From Octopus bimaculoides (Eukaryota): 64,000 bases of DNA. The stretch covers positions 37,050,687 to 37,114,686 of the forward strand of contig NC_068982.1 in the NCBI RefSeq assembly GCF_001194135.2. Direction: 5' to 3'. Position numbers and translations under genes: made by a program. This document shows positions 49,831 through 63,099 of the stretch, piece after piece (positions within the stretch are counted from its first letter, which is position 1; each line of letters opens with the position of its first letter). The notes beneath the pieces were generated by a model. That model saw only the letters and a list, made by a program, of their open reading frames with translations, did no database searches and was not told where the DNA came from.

Positions 49831-50640
49831 TTTTGCTTTTTTTTTTTTACAGTTTCTTCTCTAACTCTTAAACAGCTCTGTGAATAATACAGTGGCATAC
49901 AGGATTTTTCACATACATATGATGTATATGTTGGTGTATATGTTACTGTAAGAAGTTGCATGTGTATGCATACATGTACATAGGTTTATGTGTATTTATG
50001 CTCATAGGGCACGGGACTTTTTGCACCTACAACCCTCAGTTGCTTGTGGCAAGATCAAATGTAGCCAGTACATTGTTTGGTTGTTGATAGTAAGGTTTCC
50101 AGTTGTGGAAACCACACCAAAAGAATGCAATGAGATATGGACATTACAATTTGCAAGGTACCCACCTAGGAGAGGAGTTACAAATGCTGTGTAAAGAGGA
50201 ATCTGTAATCCTCTTTACTGCTGGTGGACTGATAAAATATGCCATATTCACACCGTGAGACAAGACACAAATTTGGCTGGTTTTCTTAGTTAGAGTGTGT
50301 GCCATATGACACAGACCATGACAGGTGATAAGACTCATCCAAACCAAGCCAGCTTGGAAAACAAAAGTAAAATGATAATGAACATTATCATGTGTGTGTG
50401 TATGTGAGTAAATATACATAAATTATCCAGTATCTGGAAACTCTTTATAATCACAGTAATAACTTAAGTAAAAAGAAACATTTTCAAACTGAAAATTAAG
50501 AAACCAAATAAGTAAACTGATATGAAATTGAAACAAGTTTAAAATGAGGAAAAGGAGGTGAAAAATGAAATAAATTAAAATGCCATCACTCATGAGGGGG
50601 TTAATGAAATTGATGTTTAGATTTTTGTTAGTTTGACATA

Positions 50641-51935
50641 CCGTAAAAACCAATGTAATTTACTCACTTTTTTTTTTCGCAAAAATAGAAATAAGCTTTA
50701 GGGGGTGCGTAAATTACATGAGTAGATTGTTTCCAGAATTTTTTTGAAATTATTTTTGTTGAATAAAGATGTACAAAAGGTAAACATTCATACCGGAAGT
50801 TGACTCATTTAATGTCAGAATAGGGTTTTGCAAAAAAAATAATGACTTAAATATAATGAAGTTGACTTTTATTTATGCTGGATGGTATAATGCTTACTTT
50901 TTCTGTATAAATTTACTAAAACCATTAAATGGTTAACTACTTTTTGAAGTCTGGCGTTCATTGCTGGTAAACACAGTCTGGGCCATATTTTACATTGCTT
51001 GGAGTTTCTACCAATCACAATGGAGCACCATTAACATACATAATAATATGGATATTCCTGACTGAAAAAACTGTAATGATATAGATAATTTTGATTGTTT
51101 TTATTTTTGTTTGTTTATTACTAGGCATAGTTTTAAGTTTGTCATACTGTTTACACCAATTTCAAACATTGTCTTCATTAACATTAAAATGCCTTCCGGC
51201 AGCTCTATCGCCACGTTCAAATGCATATTGGACATATTTGATTTCTCCTTCACAGTAAGCAATTCATAAGTTCTGCCCATACTGACAATAATGGTAATGA
51301 CAAATTTTTAAGTTTGCTTGACATTTTGTAAGTGTTAAAGGGACTAATATTTCGATACTCCATATGAAAGATTCTGACAAGAGTAGGCAGAAAATTCTGT
51401 TTATATATTCAGTTTGATCAGTCACCTTCCTTTGTCAGTTGAGTAAAGTGTCATTCAAGCTGATGTTTATTGATAATTAAACTTAATTGGCAACACCTGT
51501 GCATATTTATCAGCTTTATTTTTGTTGGTAATTCTCATCAACAACTTTTCTTGAGATCGTGATTTGAGAAAACATACAGCAGTATGCTAAAGATTGGACA
51601 AGAAATTTTTATTTTACATTTCTTGTGGACAAGAAATGTAAAATAAAGTTTATTATAAACAACACAAATACTTTGTAATTTAATAGCTTTCAATGTGATA
51701 CCTGTTAAACAGAAATTATTTTTATTGAATGAAAATTTAATAAAATCTAATCATAAGTAAGTGAAATTATGCTAAATACAACTAAATTGAAAACTTTTTT
51801 CCCCTGGCTATATTGGCAATTCTGAAAACTTCTGAGTGCAAATTTTACATAAGTAGAAGCTTTTTTTAGCAAATTTGATCTTGAAAATCACCTGCGTAAA
51901 TTACACAGGTGTGCAAATTACATGGGTTTTTACAG
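50641..51935 (-). mobile_element. pogo/Tc2-type DNA transposon derivative (1,295 bp) with an N-terminal DNA-binding-domain remnant
   Basis: 21-bp TIRs ccgtaaaaaccaatgtaattt / aaattacatgggtttttacag (19/21) with TA on both sides. Minus strand ~51120-51280 reads IKYVQYAFERGDRAAGRHFNVNEDNV*NWCKQYDKLKTMP, resembling the Brinker-type DBD of pogo/POGK transposases. Confidence 0.8.
51608..51647. repeat. Perfect 19-bp-arm palindrome with a 2-nt spacer
   Basis: tttattttacatttcttgt-gg-acaagaaatgtaaaataaa. Confidence 0.95.
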
Positions 51936-53361
51936 TAACCATTGACAATAACTGAGAACAAGCAATTTCAAATGGTTTTGTTGTAGATAACTGGCCAAAG
52001 ATGAAAATCAGACCAGTGGGCTGTGGGTTTGGTTAGGCAACATTTTGTAGCATTGCATCATTTGGTATTTTTCCAGTAGTTTGAATATTTATTTAATGAT
52101 TATTTCAGTGGTAAAGTATGAAATACGTTTGAGACAATAAGTAGCACTAGTAATGAAACTGGTATATATGTAAATTATCAGACAGTTCTAATTGTGATTA
52201 AGGCTTCAGTATACTGACCTGATCTATGAGTAGTGATAATTAAGTATTTGTTGAGGAAACTAGTGAGAGAAAAGGTGTAGAGTAAACATGGAGGTTTGAC
52301 AGTAAGATTTAGATTTTTGTATTGAAAACGGCAGATGTGCCTTTGTTGAAGCTGTTAGATAAGTATCTGACATCTTCACATCTGAATGTATTAAAATTTA
52401 AAGGTGTAAAATTGCACTGTCTCATTTAAGTGTTAACTTTAATTAGATAATATCATCTTGTTGGTTATTCTTCTTGTGTCATCTCATCTTGTTTTGGTTT
52501 TTATATGATTTGATTATTCATGCAAACTATTTCCATGTGCATGTATGTTTGTTTGTACATATACATAGATTTTAGAGTTTGGTTAGATGTGTAGCTGGAA
52601 TAGAATATGAGACAGTATATAGATCATTCAAAATGGAAAAACATTTCTACATGAAACTGTATCACTTCAAGGCAATTGACAAAGCTAGAAGTAATTGTGG
52701 ATATGAAAACTTCTACCAGTGGAAACCATAAGGAGATAATAAAAAAAATCAAAACTTTGTAAGAGAAACAGCAAAAGAAGTGTTTCAGTTAGTCTAAATG
52801 GAAATTTTCTTTTTATATTTGGGTGAGTAAAATATGCGGTAGGATTCCGTATTCAATATTTTGACAGAAATTGCTTTGAAGATTGTAGTGAGAATGATTA
52901 GTTTGGAAACTGTTTGGTGTATTTGTGTATAAAAATGTGTAGCCTTGTAAATGTTTTGTCATTGTACTAATATTTATATATGTATATAGATGCATATCTT
53001 TCTGTATTAATATGTTCTTTGGAATACTGTGTTACTTTGTTCATTACATATTCAGTTTTGTGTGTGCGTGTGTGTTGATTGATTATTATAGTAAGCAAAA
53101 TAATTTTTGTTGAAATGAGAAGGCAGTTAAGTGTAAAAATGTGAGGGATGTGACTATATTGATGAGGATAGATAATACAATCTGGGTAGATATGATATTT
53201 GGTAGAAACTGGCAAAGATTAGGTCTAAAGATGAAGGCTGGTGACTCATGGGCTTGTAAATCCATTCATTCAGCACGTTTTATCTTGATGATAATTTTAT
53301 GTATATGTAATTGTGTGCTGTGTTTTGTTCATTCGTTTTATGCCCATTTTCAAATACTAAG

Positions 53362-53394
<33 letters not shown>

Positions 53395-55646
53395 CATGTA
53401 CATATACATGTACTTTGATGACAAACAAATCAATACATGAATGAAAAATTTGCTTTTGCTTTTCTTTATACTTAATGTAGTCTATACTATTAAAGTTTAA
53501 TAAAACTTGGTGTTGCTCATGTAGATAGTTTACACATAAAATAAAAATATGATTGGGTTTATGTATTTTTACTTTTTGTGGGGGGATAATGTTAATATAA
53601 AATCAAAGACTTAACCTATGATTTGACAGGTACCTTATCGAAATATGCCGTTCAATGAGCACCAATATTTTAGATAAATATCTTTTTCAGTGTTAGTTTT
53701 TATGCCTCATCAATCATGCCATAAATAACAAATAGACAAATGAGGATGTTGAAAAAAAAAAAACATCAAGTTTTATTACATTAGTTCTTTAAAGATAGAA
53801 ACTACTACTTGACCAAGAATTTTGCTCAAGTTCAAAATTTATTTTTCTAGAACTTATTTCTTACAGTTTGATGTGAAATGATAATTTAGTAGAACTTAAT
53901 TGCAAACAACTTTCAAGCTGGCTTTTATAGTCTGTAGATTTATTTGAAAGCTCAGTTTTTCTCATAATTTGTAATAAACAAAGTATAAACAGTTGAAGCA
54001 CAAATTCAAATTTTATAGTACATGTTTGGAACATAGCTGTGTTTTACAAAAGATCACTACTTTAAGAATATACATATATAGTTTGATGGTAATTAACTTC
54101 CTTAGTCAGGTGGCAGGGTAGCATTTTCATTGCTATAACCCTATTAAATAAATCAAATAAAAGGTATGAATATTTTGAATGTGAGATATGAATATTTTGA
54201 TGTCATTAAATTTATTGACTACTGATGCACTTAAAATAGATTTGTCACATAAATATGAAATTGAATGTATCATATACAGTTATGCTATTGAAAATAACCA
54301 GTTTCAAGGCATTAATAATTGCAATCTTCCTTTCTTATTTGTTAATGATGTTCCACGTGATAACACTGGTACTATTTGCTATTGGTCTTGAGAAGGAAAA
54401 GTGCTGAGATAAACCATCATATGCCATTTGTTGTCTGGAAGAAATTATCAATAATAAAATGGCTAAAACTTATCATAGCATAGCAAAAAGTGATTTATTT
54501 AAAACTGTGATATAGTTTCCTGCTGTTAATCCCATTACACTATCTTAGAATCAAACTGTAAAGTCAAGAGTTCCATTATATCTTTTGGAGAAAGGGGTAA
54601 ATTGCAACAGAAATATGCACTCTAATTCCTATATTCAGGTATCTTTTGAGCTGACTCAATAATATACTGCAAACTTATTTTTTCCAGAAATTTTTATGTT
54701 GAAATGATAATTAAAAATACAAAATAACATAGATATGCAGATTTTTGGATGTAAGTTCCTATATCAAATCCTAACGTGTTAAACCTAATATTTCTTATAC
54801 CCCACAATGGTATATTTCAAATTTTGTATGAAACCTCTCAAAATATATCATATGAAACCATTCTGTACAAACAAAAGCTTATTTTAAAATGTTAGTTTTC
54901 ATACATTATCAAATTTCTTATAAATTTTCCTGAAAAATCTTTTATATTTAACTCATAGTAATGACAATCTATTTAAAGATTAAAAGTTATTTTGCAGGTA
55001 CTAGTCATATTTACTGACCTGATCCATCTTCCTGCATATTAAATAAAGCATTTCCTCTATTACATATAGGATTGTGTAACATAAAAGAAACAAATTATCT
55101 AAAATGTTTTTTCAGAAAATAACCTCTTATTTTGTTATTGAGCCATATCTGCCTTTTCTCTTTCATCTCTCAAAACTGCTTCTCGGCACTTTGTGGTTTC
55201 ATGGCAACATGATTAATTAGTTATTAATTCAAACACAAATTCTCTAGTTTTGTTTCATCAGCTTACCTAAGATTTATGTAGCTAAATTCAAAGTGTTATT
55301 TCTGTAAATGCACTAATTATCCTGTTTGTTATTAGTTTCATTCCAGGGTAATATTTTAAAATTGTTTATTTTCTGAACAGTTTGCTTGCTTATATTAATA
55401 AGTTGAGAGTATCTGTTTGTTGTCTACTGTAACTAGTTTTGATACTTCTGCTTAAATCCAGGTTAATGACTGCAATTCAGCACCATAACCAAGTGAAGTA
55501 TTGTACTTGACACTAGCCTAAATATTAAGAAATATAGAAATATTCTCCTAATAGTAAGATGTCAATCAATATTCCATATGAAAATATGCAAACAAATGAC
55601 TATCATGTAGAAAATAGTCACTCTTTTCTTCCTAGTCTTTATTTCA

Positions 55647-55678
<32 letters not shown>

Positions 55679-55679
55679 T

Positions 55680-55870
55680 CGTGCTGGTGGCATGTAAAAA
55701 GCACCATCCGAACGTGGTCAATGCTGTGTCAATGGCACGTAGAAAGCACCCACTACACTCTTGGAGTGGTTGGCATTAGGAAGAGCATCTAGCTGTAGAA
55801 ACTTTGCCAGATTAGTTAAACTGTCCAACCCATGCTAGCATGGAAAATAGACGTTAAATGTTGATGATAG
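55680..55870 (+). mobile_element. RTE-tailed SINE 3' body (tail type 3 variant)
   Basis: gcacccactacactcttggagtggttggcattagg...aacccatgctagcatggaaaatagacgttaaatgttgatgat. Confidence 0.8.
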
Positions 55871-56479
55871 AATGAAATAAAATAAGAATAAGGGTTCTTT
55901 TTTAAAGTTAGAATAAGGCTAATTTGGAATATTTCTGAAGTTCTATTACAATACATTTATCAGAGGCAAATTTAGATGATGAACAGAGAAACCTAGTTTA
56001 TGAAATATAGGTTTGGTGAAGTATTCTTGAGAATTATTTGAAGACATTACATATTTTCTCTCCAGTGAAAGGCAACAGCTTTGGCATGCTTTGATGTTAG
56101 AAATATAAGCCACTTAAAACTTCCTTGTGTGTAGTCAAGCAACTGAAGATTCCTAACTATGCAATGCAACAACCAAATTTTCCTCCACATGTTACCATTT
56201 TTAAAATACTGGCCATGTAGCAACTAAAACTCCTGAACAAAATGTTTAACAGAAAGTATCTATTAATCAATTTGAGATTATATTTTAGGATTACTTCAGT
56301 ACAATTCTACTTTGATTGTTAGTCTCTTCACTTAAGTCTCTAGCTCATCGTTGGATCTGTTGAATATATTTAGACACAGTTGTTATGTTATTAAGTTCAA
56401 ATCTTACTACAACTATAAGGTTATAATCCTGAGTATTTGCACATAACTCTACTTGTATTACTCTGAAACTCTTGGAGAA

Positions 56480-57000
56480 GAATAAGAGTCTGAGGTATGA
56501 CTCCATCATTTGTTTATTCAACCATAGGCTATTTTAGCAAATAAAAGATATAAGGTATCAGGGAAGGTTAGGATAAGAAGTGAGGCAATAAGAATGTTTA
56601 ATAGCAAAGGGGATGTGGTCACATGGCTAAAGAAAGCGAAATTTGTTGGGAGATAGCTGGGAATGTTGCAAAGTTTATACTATTTTATCTGGAGGGATAA
56701 GCATTATATTTGCATTGTAGTTAGAGATGAGAGAAGACATCCAATTAAATATGATAAAAGTAGAAACTACACTGAATAAGGCTTTCACAAGAAGGGTGGG
56801 ATATGCTTTATATCCTTTAGTAGATTAGGAAGGGTTAAAGGGATTGAGAAACAAGGGGACATATATACTAATGAGTTTAGAAGGTCAGAAGGTTGACATA
56901 TTTACCAGAGAGGCATTGGAAAAAGTGGTTAAATTTGGGTTTGTGATTGGTTCTGCTTATCACTTTACAGTAGTACTGCTGCAGTTATTGGATATTGAAA
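56480..57000 (-). mobile_element. Possible very old CR1-like RT remnant
   Basis: G-rich + strand; the minus strand gives LLVKAL...IFNWMSSLISN, loosely like the CR1 segment LL.KL..G....LINWISSFL. Confidence 0.3.
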
Positions 57001-58639
57001 CTGTTGGCCTTAATTTTCTCAGCAATCTCCTATTTCAGTTAACATTTTCCATTACTTGTAATTTTCATTTTCTCTTTGCATTATCTTACGTAGTCTTTGA
57101 TTAATAATAGTTGATACGATAAATTTTAAAATAGATTTTATACTTCTTCAGTCTAATCTAAATTCACCTCATGAGTTTGATAGACATGAACAAATTATGA
57201 ATATTAATATATACTTTTAATTAAATCGTCTTTGTTTTTATTCTGTTTAATCGTATTTTTTATTATTTTATTCATTAGAGTTGTATGCAGAATTGACCAT
57301 ACCAAAGTAGTGGTATTCAAAACTGACTATACCAAGATAGTAGTAACCTTGCTCTCTTTTTTGGAGTCAGGTCATACAAAACATAGATAGTCCAGAAATG
57401 TTTGTTTCATTGATGGAGTATTGTGATATGAAGAATAAATCTTTGCTGTAGAGGTAGCCATTTCAATATTTGTAAGCAGTGGTAAGATCCAACTTCTCAT
57501 CATGGAATTACTCTGCACCATTTACCATTCTGTTGTATCTATGAAATAAACTTGTTTGCTATTTTGTTTCTCAATGCAGAGGTTGATTTGTTTCATTTCA
57601 ACTGTTAACTTGTTCTTGTGCTGTTACTACTAATGTCTACATCCTAGATACATTATACTGCCCAACATTGCTTAATATGTTTTCAAATACTAAAAACACA
57701 ACACTTAGTGCTCAATAAATAAACCAAACACTTAATTACTGGCTCAAAATATACAATGACATAGTTTATAAATTTCAATTACTATGTTTAACTATCAAAT
57801 AATTACATTAAGCCTTTTTCTCTCTTTTATTAGTATTATTATTTTTGTACTTAGTTCTGTTTTTGAAAATACTGCTTTCTACTTGGAGAAACAACTTCAT
57901 ACTTTGAAGTTAATGTCCTGTTATGCACCTATTTGTAGACAATTGCTTTGCGTTAGCCATTGATTCTAGTATCACAACAGTTTCTTTGAAATGTTCACAC
58001 CAAACATCAGCAATATTAGATTTGTGATTAACAGTAAACTGAAACCTCTTTCTAACATTTGAGTTCTAATTCTTTTTGTATGGGGTCATTTTGACATTCT
58101 ATTTTTTTTTTTAATATGGTATTTTCTTTTTTACCAAATTTATTTCTTAGTTCCTTCTTAGTTTATATTAAAAGCATGTACCACTACTACCCCAGGTGTC
58201 CCACATTAGTTAAGCATTTACATTTTCATTATGCACCATTGCTCTTGTTTGTTGAACAGAAAAATATCGTTTACATTACAGACAAACAACTATTGAAAAT
58301 TTTTGGAGCTGGTTTCTACAAAATATTTAGAAAATAACTTCTCGTCTTACTAATAACTTTCAAAACTATGATCATCTAATGAAGACATCTTTGAAATAGC
58401 TATTAATTCTTCTCAAAACATTTCCAAAACAGGTGAATATAGTGTTGTCATTATTGGTAGCTTTCTCTTAAAACCTAGTAAGCCATTCCACTACAGAATA
58501 AAATGACTGTCTATTTTTGAATACATAGCCCTCCTGGGTATGATTTATTAACATTTCTTGTGCTTCTCTTCATTTTCATGACATAATTATTATCATCACA
58601 CCAATATCATATCTCCATGTTGATACATATTGAATGGGT

Positions 58640-59030
58640 CAGTAGCACAGCATACCTGTGTGTATCTTAGTTTTGTTTCATTTTAAACACATTCTGAACA
58701 GTTCTCATATATGCTAGCTATTCCTTCCTAGTTGTTTCTCATTATACCTCTGATGTATCTTATGCCATCAACTCCATGCTGATTCTATTGTAGCTGTCTC
58801 TGTTACATACAATTTCTATGAGGATATGTACTAAATAACTCCTGCAAAGTAATATCAAGTGTTCACTAGACTTATTTTTCTCCAATAACTGTAGTTTCAC
58901 TAATGTTTCACTACCATACATCATTGGATTTATCTATTACCACTAGACTGCAGTGTATTAGTCTCAATATTTTTCCTATAGGTCAACAAATGTGAAATAG
59001 CTATACTTAACTAAGAACTCCTCTCGTAGT
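58640..59030 (-). mobile_element. RTE-like LINE remnant
   Basis: Minus-strand NPMMYGSETLV matches the RTE P.L.YGSETW motif. Confidence 0.5.
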
Positions 59031-59071
59031 TGTTTTATCATGAATAAAGGATCAAATTTACTGTCTGGTAA

Positions 59072-59447
59072 TTCTTTTACTTGTTTCAGTCATTTGACTG
59101 CAGCCATGCTGGAGCACAGACTTGAAGGGTTTTAGTCGAACAAATCAACTTCAGGACTTATTTTTTGAGCCTAGTACTTATTCTATCAGTCCTTTTAGTT
59201 GAACTGCTAAGTTACAGGGAGGTAAAAACCCCAGCACCAGTTGTCAAGTGGGGATGGAGGGGGACAAACAAAGACACACACACACACATAGATATATACA
59301 TACATATTATATATGATGGGCTTCTTTCAGTTTCTGTCTACCAAATCCACTCACAAGGCTTTGGTCGGCCCAAGGCTATAGTAGAAGACACTTGCCCAAA
59401 ACCATATGGTTGAGAAGCTAGCTTCTTAACACACAGCCATGTCTGCG
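59072..59447 (-). mobile_element. SINE family B, tail type 1, reverse orientation, B-box region deleted
   Basis: Reverse complement of 63100-63486; the head reads aaccatatggtt|ttgggcaag, lacking about 25-30 nt. Confidence 0.88.
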
Positions 59448-62400
59448 TTTTTTGTTTTTAAACTATATGCATGGATAAGAGGAGCCAAAGATTGTTTAGA
59501 TTATGTTAAACAAGGGATTATTTCTGTTTGTAGAGCTTTTTTATGTAATCTATTCAACTAGATTACTATTAATTGGAAGATATTAAATTACCCCACTTAA
59601 AGTGAAGTGCGTGGCACATAGATATATTGATGTTGTTTTTGTGTTATAATTTTTATATACAAGTTAATAGAATAATTGGTTCAAATAATTATTCCCATTG
59701 AATCAGGTGCTGAACAAAATCTGAAAAATAAAAGGACAGTTATTTTGCTTTCATTCCTGATTACTCAATAATTTTAATTAGTGCATTGCTCAGAAGGAAA
59801 ATAGACATAGATTTTATGAAGGTTAAAATGCTAGTTTATTAAGTAAATCATGTGTCTAATTTTACACAATATTGCCTTTGCTACAAAGACATGAATGGCA
59901 GTTGAGTTCTTTATTAATTTAACTGGAAAGAGCATAATGTTTATATTTTTTACTGAATGGAGATTTCTAGTTACCAGTTAATAAGTATCTTTCAAAATCT
60001 CATCAAACTAAAATAGGGTCTAAAGCTCTGAAGGTTAACCAGTTCAAGACAGTGAATTTTCCTCAGAAGTCAATGATAAAATATTTACATAAAGTGGAAT
60101 TCCTGTAAAACACACTCTGGTAAATCTGTTAATATACTAATGAATAATTCTCTATTTAAAAAACAGTAATAGGTAATAATTATTTATTATATATTTGTAT
60201 ATTTATATATATCTTTTGAAGTTGTTAACAATCCTCCAATACTTCTCTTGAAATAATTAGAAGTGAAATGGAAAATTTCAAAACTATACAACTCTAATTT
60301 CCAATACTTTACTTTTAATTAAGCTGTCATAATAAAGAAGAGAATGGGTAGCTCATATGTTCTCTGCCGATTTGTTTGTCTCCCCACCCCTTACTCACAA
60401 ACCTCACAGCAGGCAAGCATTAGAATTTAAACATGAAACTTCCTCAGGATGATGATGAAACATTGTTTATCTTGGACATCTTTTTTTCTTCTACTCTTAT
60501 CTTCAAACTATCATTCAGCTTCTGTTGAAAAATATTGTGTCAGCTATCATCATCACCGTCATCATCATTATTGTTGTTCTTAGCTATTCAGTAGTAAACT
60601 TGGTTCTGTGTCAGAAGACTTAAATTTATATATTTGAGAAAAAAAATTCAGTTCCACAAGAAGTTACCAATGTAACTGAACTACATAGCACTAGTTTAAG
60701 GTGGGAAAAGCTACTCATTATAACAGATAAGCCTCGATTAAATACTTAATTATAACTTTATTGTTTTGTCACTATCGCTTTTTTGGACATTTTTAAATCC
60801 GTACACTTGTGTGTTTGTAACACTTGGTCTGCTTTCTTTCTTGGAAATTGATCTGATCTTTTCTTTATTTGATAACTCTTGTCGATTGTTTTATTGAATT
60901 AAGTCAAGCTAAGTAATGTATTTGAGCAGCTTTTGTCCTTTAAAGGTTCTTGGATTTTCAGGTTCTGTTTAACTTGATCAATTGCCAGCTGCCAATTGCC
61001 AGCTGGAAAAACCATATAGAAATATCCCAAGTGTTCTTTCTCCCACCCCTATCTCTCTCTCTCTCTCTCTCTCAAATTTTGGTATATAGTGTTCACTTTC
61101 ATTTAACATTATTTTTATTATTTCTTTAAAAACAAAAATGAGATGTTATTTTTATTATCATTCTGATATTTTGTGAATTAGGTCTTTGATTTTTTTTTTT
61201 TTTTTTTAGTAGCTTACATTTTATTTTTTAAATCATTTTTATTTCCTCTCTCTGTTGGCATTATGTCATATTTGATGGTTTCTATTAGTTTAGTTAATTC
61301 AACCTCCTCGGGTGAAATATGGTTCTGAATGAAAATTAAAGTTATGCCTAGTATAAGGATATCTTGTTAAACTTAAGTGTTGAATTATCTATAAGAATTA
61401 TTTATCGAAACAATAGTTTTCCTGCTTTGAAAGTTAGTAAACCATTAAAAGAATTTTTATTATAAGTTCAAAATTTATAACATACTGCATCATATATAAC
61501 TCTTGACACATGTCTGATTGTCTTCTATTAAATTTTTCTTTATCTTAACATACCATCTAGCAGTCATGTTGATATTGAAACCTCCATTTTAATATATGGT
61601 TAACTATGAGTTCTCTAAATAAGCCTGTCATGCTACAATAACCCTTGAGTATGCAACATATTTCACATGTATTATGATCGTTAGAATTATTATGAGTGAC
61701 TGCACATTAAATCAATGAACTAAAAAGATACTCTCTTACATCATTCTGTCTTATTTAATGAGTAACATGGATTGCTAACTGTACATAAGAATGCCTTGTT
61801 AGTGAAGCAACATTTACTGCACAGTTGCTAAACTCTAGAGGTTTATTGTCATTTTATCTACAGCTGAAATCAATCTAACTTCATAATTCTTTGTTAATTA
61901 TACCTTTGGACTAACATTTGTAGTTAAATGAAACTTATTATTCACTATAGTAAAATATAATTTTTAAAATATATTTTATCTTGAAGGTATCTTCCAAACA
62001 AAAACCATATTAATGTAACAGCTATTTGGAAAAGTAAAATTATTTTCATGTCAAATTATTTCCATCAAATCTTTTTTAAAAGAAACTTTAAGCACTTGTA
62101 TAGAAATTTAATTACATATTTACATGGAAATATTTTGCTATTTGCCATTGTTTTCTTATGGTTTCTTACATAAAATTAATAAACAAATTATATATCCTTA
62201 TAGCATAACCACTCAAACTATTTTATTTTTAACTATTTTATTCCAGAAATATTGGAATAGAAATTGTTTATAGGTATAAAAAGAAATTGGTGAAGAATGA
62301 CTAATGTAACAAATTCAATAAGTATCATTCATCATGTAATAATGTACAAATTAATCATTTGATAATATTTATTCAGAATAATAATCTGGGTTGACTGTAA

Positions 62401-62644
62401 AAGAAAAGTAATATAAAAACTAGAAATCTGAGTGTAATGCATTTCTTCTGACCATATTAACTAATCAGCAGGGTATAGAAGAACTTGTAGCGATAAAGAT
62501 CATATACACAGAGGCAAAGCAGAACAAGTACCAAGTTAATGTTAAATTGACTGTATTTTTGAATAATAAGAAATGTATAGACGCAGAATATCAAAATATC
62601 TGTTAATTCCTAAGAATTCTATTTTTTTAAATATCTCTTAATGA

Positions 62645-63030
62645 GATGGTGGTGATATTAAGTTTCTTTGGTAACTAGGTGGTTTCAGGTTCAGTTCCAC
62701 TGCACAACACCTTCAGCAAGTATCTTCTGATGTAGTTCTGATCCGACCAATGCTTACAGATTCCACCACATGTGCTTATATATGTCACCACACAAAAGTT
62801 GTGTCTGAGTGTCTGCACTCATGCATGTGTTTGTGTTCCCTCGTCTGGACTTCATGTGTCAGTTATAAGCATCTTTCACTGCCATACAAGAAGTGTTGTT
62901 CGTTTTCAAACATCTGTGAAAACTTGTTCAGCTATGGGAAAATACTGTTATATCTGGAAATGAGTGTAGTTGCTTCAACAGATTCCATCTAACACAAGAA
63001 AGTATATGAAAGTAGATATTGAAATGATGA
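62645..63030 (+). mobile_element. SINE family B head with tail type 2
   Basis: ggttcagttccactgcacaacaccttcagcaagtatcttc head; gccatacaagaagtgttgttcgttttc...gattccatctaac body. Confidence 0.7.
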
Positions 63031-63099
63031 AAACAATAGGTATATATTATATATATATATGAATGCACACACACACAAACACACATGCATATATACACA

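Noticed and set aside
52630-52800. A-rich stretch with a transposase-like feel (..FVRETAKEVF..)
   Set aside because: No recognisable motif, TIRs or sustained frame.
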